From the sequence record DRR378314_2140: DNA of 42,301 bases, one strand, 5' to 3'. The notes beneath the pieces were generated by a model, which made no database searches, had not been told where the DNA came from, and was given only the letters and a program-made list of their open reading frames with translations. The position numbers and the translations under genes were made by a program. Shown piece by piece: positions 36,731 to 42,301 of the stretch (positions are counted from its first letter, which is position 1; each line of letters opens with the position of its first letter).

Positions 36731-38221
36731 TTATTTTAGGCGATAGCTAACGAATGCCAAACGGCTACTATCGGGTGACCAAGAAGGTACATTCATAGAC
36801 CCTTGTCCACCAAATAATTTGGCAATTACCTTTGTTTCGTTGGTTTCAAGATTCAGTAATCGGAGCATGACGTCTTTGTTGGTGGGGTGCAAATTTGCGG
36901 GAACCTCGGGATCAAAGGATATATAGGCCAACCATTTGCCATCCGGGGAGGGGTGGGCAAACCAGTCGTTGTAATTATCCGTTGTAATTTGTTCCTGTTC
37001 GCTTCCATCTGGCTTCATGCGCCAGATCTGCATTGTCCCGCTACGGTCAGAATTAAAATAAATGTATTTCCCGTCAGGCGAGTAATCGGGTCCGTCATCC
37101 AGGCCGGCTGCGGAAGTCAATCTGGTTTCCTCCCCTCCGGTAACGGGAATGGAGTAAACGTCATAATTGCCATTTCGCGCTGCACAATAGGCCAAAGTTT
37201 TGCCATCTGGAGACCATCCATGCCAATAGGAGGGACCATTGGGCGTTATTTTTTTTGGTACTCCACCTTCAATGGGTAACGTATAGATCAAAGACTTTCC
37301 TGTTTCGGTCTGGTCACTTATGACCAACATCTTACCGTCAGGTGAAATGCCGTGGTCATTGTTTATTTTTTTCGCAAAGTCTGTCGGAATTAAACTGGGT
37401 TCACCTCCTTCAACTGGTATTTGGTAAAGTAGTCCCTTACTGTTATAGATCAAGTTTCTTCCATCGGTGGTCCAATTTGGCGCATCCAAACGTTTTTGCG
37501 ATTGGAGGATTACTTTTCTGTCCAGAGTGGCTATTGGAATAATTTCCAGAGTACTTTCCAATGCTTTAGTGGAATCAGGGATTACTTTCAGTTTCTCTAT
37601 TTGTACATTAGAGAATTTTGCGGTTTCCACGACTTCATTGTTATGGGAGCAAACGCCAAGGCCAATATAAAAAGGAGCTTTAAATGGCACTTTTATGGCT
37701 CCTCCAGAGGATTTTAATGCCCCATGCCCTGTGGATAAGGACATAAAGAGATAGTCGCCTACCTTGTCGATCCGTGCTCTTTTGGGAAATTTAATATTGG
37801 ATTGAAGCTCCCGGGTTATATCCCCATCCACTTCCCTGTATTGTATGGCAGCCATACCGTCGCCATGAACGGCTACATCCGCATAAGCTGATCCGGGTTC
37901 CAGACTTTGGCGGATAATTAGACAGGCTTTTCGGTGTGGGTCCACACCCTTGCCCAACAACTCAATATCCGCTTCAATGGCAACATCTCCGGACATCTTT
38001 CTCCAAACATAATGCAGTTGGTCATTGTTGAACCACATATTTGTTCCACTTGCCGAAATAGTATAAGTGATGTCCAAAGGATCGAATTTTATAGAGCCTT
38101 TATATTTTACTTCACCAATATCACCATGGCCTTGGAATACTCCCAAATCCTGTTGGATTCCCCATGCAAGGATAACCAAGCCAATCAAGGCCATAGGAAA
38201 AACAATTATTTTATTGGTCAT
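36731..38221 (-). CDS. TolB-like PD40 beta-propeller protein with N-terminal beta-sandwich domain
   Basis: Repeats ISPDGK, WSPDGK, YSPDGK, PSPDGK, WSPDS; signal or anchor sequence. Confidence 0.85.
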   Translation of the reverse strand: MTNKIIVFPMALIGLVILAWGIQQDLGVFQGHGDIGEVKYKGSIKFDPLDITYTISASGTNMWFNNDQLHYVWRKMSGDVAIEADIELLGKGVDPHRKACLIIRQSLEPGSAYADVAVHGDGMAAIQYREVDGDITRELQSNIKFPKRARIDKVGDYLFMSLSTGHGALKSSGGAIKVPFKAPFYIGLGVCSHNNEVVETAKFSNVQIEKLKVIPDSTKALESTLEIIPIATLDRKVILQSQKRLDAPNWTTDGRNLIYNSKGLLYQIPVEGGEPSLIPTDFAKKINNDHGISPDGKMLVISDQTETGKSLIYTLPIEGGVPKKITPNGPSYWHGWSPDGKTLAYCAARNGNYDVYSIPVTGGEETRLTSAAGLDDGPDYSPDGKYIYFNSDRSGTMQIWRMKPDGSEQEQITTDNYNDWFAHPSPDGKWLAYISFDPEVPANLHPTNKDVMLRLLNLETNETKVIAKLFGGQGSMNVPSWSPDSSRLAFVSYRLK

Positions 38222-38302
38222 AATAGTGTGGTGAGATATGCAAGGAAATAAAGTTAACTAAAAAACTCTAAACATACGACAGTTGAAACCACGCGGTCTT
38301 TG

Positions 38303-38310
38303 TATTTTTG
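38303..38310 (+). promoter_or_regulatory. Bacteroidetes -7 element of mazG
   Basis: TATTTTTG 16 nt upstream of the ATG. Confidence 0.5.
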
Positions 38311-38326
38311 TTGAAAAGTAAATTTT

Positions 38327-39100
38327 ATGAATTCTAGGGAATCCCAATTACAAGCCTTTGATCGCCTTCTTACTATAATGGATGAATTAAGGGCACAATG
38401 TCCGTGGGACAAAAAGCAGACCATGCAAACACTTCGGCATTTGACCATTGAGGAAACCTATGAATTGGGAGACGCCATTCTGGACAATGATTTGGAGGAA
38501 ATTAAAAAGGAATTGGGCGATGTTCTGTTGCATATAGTTTTTTACGCTAAAATTGGAAGTGAAACAAAGCATTTTGATATAGCGGACGTTGCCAATGATA
38601 TATGTGAAAAGCTCATTAATAGACACCCGCATATTTATGGGGATGTAGTGGTAGAAAATGAAGAGGAGGTAAAGCAGAATTGGGAAAAAATAAAATTAAA
38701 TGAGGGTAAAAAAAGTGTTTTGGAAGGTGTTCCCAATGGTTTACCGGCCCTTGTAAAGGCCAACCGTATACAGGATAAGGTGGCAGGGGTAGGGTTCGAC
38801 TGGGAAAAACCCGAACAGGTATGGGAAAAAGTACAGGAAGAATTGGAAGAATTCCAAGATGAGGTTCAACAAGGAAATGCGGACGCCATGGAGTCCGAGT
38901 TTGGGGATGTTCTATTTTCTATGGTAAATTATGCCCGATTTTTAAATATTAATCCCGAAAATGCCCTGGAGCGTACCAATAAGAAGTTTATTAAGCGATT
39001 TCAATATTTGGAAAACAAGGCCAAGGAACAGGGCAAAGCCTTAAAGGATATGACTCTATCTGAAATGGATGTTTTTTGGGAGGAGGCCAAGACCATTTAA
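38327..39100 (+). CDS. mazG: Nucleoside triphosphate pyrophosphohydrolase
   Basis: CPWDKKQT, EETYEL, ELGDVL, KLINRHPHIY, GFDW, EFGDVLFS. Confidence 0.96.
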   Translation: MNSRESQLQAFDRLLTIMDELRAQCPWDKKQTMQTLRHLTIEETYELGDAILDNDLEEIKKELGDVLLHIVFYAKIGSETKHFDIADVANDICEKLINRHPHIYGDVVVENEEEVKQNWEKIKLNEGKKSVLEGVPNGLPALVKANRIQDKVAGVGFDWEKPEQVWEKVQEELEEFQDEVQQGNADAMESEFGDVLFSMVNYARFLNINPENALERTNKKFIKRFQYLENKAKEQGKALKDMTLSEMDVFWEEAKTI

Positions 39101-39193
39101 ATTTTTTGTGGACAGCTTTTACTGCCACTGTATAAATGGATCCGGTATTAATAACCCAGTTTCGGCCCTACTAAATTTGAATTGTTGGTGCTA

Positions 39194-41800
39194 TTAGAAT
39201 ATTACAGTAAATGTGGTTCCTACCCCCACTTCACTGGAAGCCGAAATAGAACCTCCCATGGCTTCGATCTGTATTTTGGTCATATAAAGTCCAACCCCCT
39301 TAGCTTCGGGATGACTGTGGAATACCTTGTTCAAACCAAATAATTTATGACCGTGCCTTTCCATATTTATACCCAACCCATTATCACTAATGCTCAATAT
39401 TGTTTTACCATCTTCAATTTTGGATTCCACGTAAATTTCTGGAACCCTATCCTGGGATTTGTATTTGATGGCATTGGAAATTAAATTAAGAAAAATGCTG
39501 TCAAGATATATGTCATTATATATTACGGTAGCTGCCTTGGAGAAATCACTTTTAATTATGGCACCGGATTGGGATATTTGACTGGAGATGATTTCTTGGG
39601 TTTTGTTAAGTGTTTTTTTGAATGATAATTCTTGGGTTGCCTTGGTACTGTCATCCGTAGTCTGGATTACTTCAACCATGGTGTTTAAGGTAGAAGATAG
39701 GTGGTCTATTACGATTTCGAATTTTTCAAATAATTCGCTACGTTCCTGCTCACTTTTGGCTTCTTTATAGAACCTGGATAGGGTCTGTAGATTACCCACA
39801 GGCGATCTTAAATTGTGGGAAGTTATATGGGCAAAATCTGCCAATTGTCGGTTTTGGTTTTTTAGTTTTTGGGTTAAGGCTTCTAGATTTTCTTTCGTTT
39901 CAATTATTTTTTTACGATTGTACACCGTTTCGGTTATGTCCGTGGCAACTCCTAAGAATCCATTAATTTTTCCATTTGCATCTTTAATTGCGGTGGTAAT
40001 CAACTGTACGGGAAACTGTGAACCATCTTTCCGTACATAGGTCCACTCCATGGATTCAAAACTATCCCTCCTTGCATGTTCAACAAAAACATCGAAACCG
40101 CTGATTGTTTTACCAAAATGATCTGATAGTAACTTACCATGCTGTTCTACCTCTTCTGGTAGATGTATGATTTCTGGGGTCTTTTTACCTATCATCTCGG
40201 AAGCTGAATATTGCAATAAATTTTCAGCTCCTTTATTAAAATGGGTAATTAGCCCATTCATGTCAGTTCCGATAATGGAGATTGGGCCTACATCAAAAAT
40301 GGCCCTTAATTCTTCATTGGCCTTGTTTAGGGCGTTCTGCGAAACTTTTATGTTGTTGATGTCATGGAAAACGCCGTAAAGTCTTACGCACTGGCCGTTG
40401 ACCATTTCCGCCTGTCCAATGGCCCGTGCCCAACGGCTTTTTCCTTTGGCAGTTATTAATTCTACCTCCACATCATAAGGGATTCCATTTTCAATAGCGT
40501 TGTTTACCACATTTTGAATCTTCTCCCTGCTTGGTCCTTCCTTGAAAAAGTTAATTGCAGTTTCAAGGTTTGGTTCATAATCATGTGGCACTTCATGTAT
40601 TTCACAGGTTACAGTGCTCCAGATAATTTTGTTGTTAATAAGATCAACTTCCCAAGTGCCAATACGGGCTACTTGGTTGGTTTTGTCCAAGATTTCCTCA
40701 ATTCGGAGTTTTTCATTTTCCTTCTCTTTAAGGGCTGTGATGTCTAATGTATAAATTAGCAGTCCTCCTATTTTATTTGGGGAAATATACCAAGGCCTAA
40801 TGTCAAAGCTAAGCCATTGCACCCTGCCATCGGGCCATGTAAATACTGTTTCATCTTCATGGTGAACTGACCCAGAAAGGCATTCTTGATGAATTTTTTT
40901 CCAATGTTCATCTATTTCCGGAAATGCTTCATAAAGGGATTTTCCTATAATATCTTGATCAACCAGGTTGTAGTCGCTTCGCCATCTATCCGATGCCGCT
41001 AGAAACTTCATCTCATCGTTAAACATGGCCATGGCGTTGGGTGCTTGGTCTATAAATATTCTATTGTACTCCTCCTTGAGCTGTAAATCGGCTTGTAAGG
41101 TCTTTACTTGCTCCATTTTTTCTTTTATTGCCCTATTGGAATTTGCTAATTCCTCATTGGCTAGTTGGAGCGATTGGGATTTTTTTCTAAGTTTTCTAAT
41201 TAGAGGCAATAAAAAAAGGGTGAATTGACCAATGATCACCAGAGCAACGATAATTGCGATATAATAAGTTATGCTATAAAGATTGTTCAGGTTTTTCCCT
41301 GCTATGTTTTGGTATTCCGATACAATGTTGTCTGCATTGGTCAAAACAGAAGATTCCACTTCCTTTATGGTGTTGGTATTGATTTTCAGTACCTCAGGGT
41401 TCCATGGATTGTTCAGGATTTGAAGGGCAGCGTTCAATAATTCTGTGGTCTTGGGTTGCGCTGCAGCGAATAGGGAATCTATTCTTTCAGAATTCTTGAC
41501 CTGTTTGTTGGCCAAAATAAGGAAGTCCTGATTATTCTGCCATTCCGTGATTAAAGCGCTAAGACTATCGAGATAAATTCTACTGGCCCTATCGCTCTGG
41601 TCCAGGTCCAAGGAAAACACGTGTTTAGATATACGTTGACTTAGCATACGTTGTTTTCCAGAAATATTGATGATGTTTACATCCGAAATTAGATTGTTGA
41701 TCCTATTCTGGAAGAATAAGACCGCAGCAATTATTATTAGAACAATAGTGGCAATAAAAAGAAGGTATCTTTTTTTTGTAGACTTTTCGAGTTCTTCCAT
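39194..41800 (-). CDS. Membrane sensor histidine kinase: PilJ/NarX-like periplasmic domain, 3 PAS domains, HisKA, HATPase
   Basis: Two TM helices flanking INISGKQRMLSQR; three PAS/PAC units; SHNLRSP (H box), NLISNAIKY (N), DNGLGI (G1), GVGLY (G2). Confidence 0.92.
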   Translation of the reverse strand: MEELEKSTKKRYLLFIATIVLIIIAAVLFFQNRINNLISDVNIINISGKQRMLSQRISKHVFSLDLDQSDRASRIYLDSLSALITEWQNNQDFLILANKQVKNSERIDSLFAAAQPKTTELLNAALQILNNPWNPEVLKINTNTIKEVESSVLTNADNIVSEYQNIAGKNLNNLYSITYYIAIIVALVIIGQFTLFLLPLIRKLRKKSQSLQLANEELANSNRAIKEKMEQVKTLQADLQLKEEYNRIFIDQAPNAMAMFNDEMKFLAASDRWRSDYNLVDQDIIGKSLYEAFPEIDEHWKKIHQECLSGSVHHEDETVFTWPDGRVQWLSFDIRPWYISPNKIGGLLIYTLDITALKEKENEKLRIEEILDKTNQVARIGTWEVDLINNKIIWSTVTCEIHEVPHDYEPNLETAINFFKEGPSREKIQNVVNNAIENGIPYDVEVELITAKGKSRWARAIGQAEMVNGQCVRLYGVFHDINNIKVSQNALNKANEELRAIFDVGPISIIGTDMNGLITHFNKGAENLLQYSASEMIGKKTPEIIHLPEEVEQHGKLLSDHFGKTISGFDVFVEHARRDSFESMEWTYVRKDGSQFPVQLITTAIKDANGKINGFLGVATDITETVYNRKKIIETKENLEALTQKLKNQNRQLADFAHITSHNLRSPVGNLQTLSRFYKEAKSEQERSELFEKFEIVIDHLSSTLNTMVEVIQTTDDSTKATQELSFKKTLNKTQEIISSQISQSGAIIKSDFSKAATVIYNDIYLDSIFLNLISNAIKYKSQDRVPEIYVESKIEDGKTILSISDNGLGINMERHGHKLFGLNKVFHSHPEAKGVGLYMTKIQIEAMGGSISASSEVGVGTTFTVIF

Positions 41801-42153
41801 TTTGGGGTTTTTGTATAACCTCTTGTAGGTCTATACAGGAAATGGCCTTAAGGAGTAGTAAAACTCTTTCGCAAGTCGTATTAAAAACCTAACGATATGC
41901 CCTATTTGCCCTATATTGACTGATATTTTTTAAATATAGGATATTTATTTTGCATCTTAACATACTTTTCATGCACCCGTAGTCAAAAATGCAAGGTTGG
42001 AAAATTAATAATATAAAAAAGTATAAAAGGTGATTAATGTACTTTTATATATTTATGAATATACCCCCAATTTACTTTCCTCCCAAACAGGTCGGTTTTG
42101 ACAACGATGGTTTAAATTAGAAAAATCCTTAATCTAAAACCAAAGCTAACCCT

Positions 42154-42161
42154 TATATTTG
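42154..42161 (+). promoter_or_regulatory. Bacteroidetes -7 element of the MATE gene
   Basis: TATATTTG 17 nt upstream of GTG 42179. Confidence 0.55.
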
Positions 42162-42178
42162 CCCCTTCAAATTAAAGA

Positions 42179-42301
42179 GTGTTGTTACATAAATATACAA
42201 AGGAGTTTCGTTACAATCTATCCCTTTCGTTTCCTGTAATTCTAGGAATGCTAGGACATTCTTTCGTACAGTTTGCGGACAATATTATGGTAGGGCAATT
42301 G
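42179..42301 (+). CDS. MATE family efflux transporter, 5' fragment (not in the ORF track)
   Basis: Own translation from GTG 42179: MLLHKYTKEFRYNLSLSFPVILGMLGHSFVQFADNIMVGQL, matching the MATE N-terminus (L..P........D..MVG.L); open to the window end. Confidence 0.85.
   Translation, partial: MLLHKYTKEFRYNLSLSFPVILGMLGHSFVQFADNIMVGQL

Noticed and set aside
38327-39100. mazG as an anti-phage or toxin-antitoxin component
   Set aside because: Canonical tandem-domain housekeeping MazG with no mazEF or defence neighbours
725-41440. The many short ORFs (60-150 aa) antisense to or nested in long genes, e.g. 725..1009, 7230..7649, 21608..22054, 28089..28520
   Set aside because: They are shadows of well-supported genes, with no recognisable motifs and atypical composition
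41801-42178. ncRNA or small gene in the AT-rich spacer between the kinase and MATE genes
   Set aside because: No convincing ORF, stable structure or known RNA motif seen; consistent with a divergent promoter region

Overview
AT-rich chromosomal window from a Bacteroidetes, most likely a marine Flavobacteriaceae (inferred from gene content and recurring TAnnTTTG -7 promoter motifs). It has four parts. (1) Housekeeping genes: sucC (5'-truncated), hsp20, uvrB, an ABC exporter, a nucleoid-associated protein, a ctaA-like gene, a CCA-type nucleotidyltransferase, tsaC, dapD, ruvX, def and mazG. (2) A ~7 kb surface-glycan decoration locus (13.2-20.3 kb) with two candidate CDP-activating enzymes (LicC-like, TagD-like), two candidate CDP-alcohol phosphotransferases (a TagF-like domain fused to GT2, and LicD), a TupA-like ATP-grasp ligase, two more GT2s and a minimal HAD. 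(3) A ~15 kb block of mostly secreted or periplasmic hydrolases and DUF proteins between DUF5606 and mazG. (4) An orphan PilJ/NarX-type PAS histidine kinase and the 5' end of a MATE gene. The most interesting candidates are an unannotated protein with PI3K/HipA-like kinase motifs, the two-track phospho-alcohol glycan locus, a CBM5/12-like insertion in the heme A synthase, and a sigma54-like promoter with paired palindromes upstream of hsp20. No rRNA, tRNA, CRISPR array or transposase was seen. All family calls come from motif recognition by eye; no searches were run.
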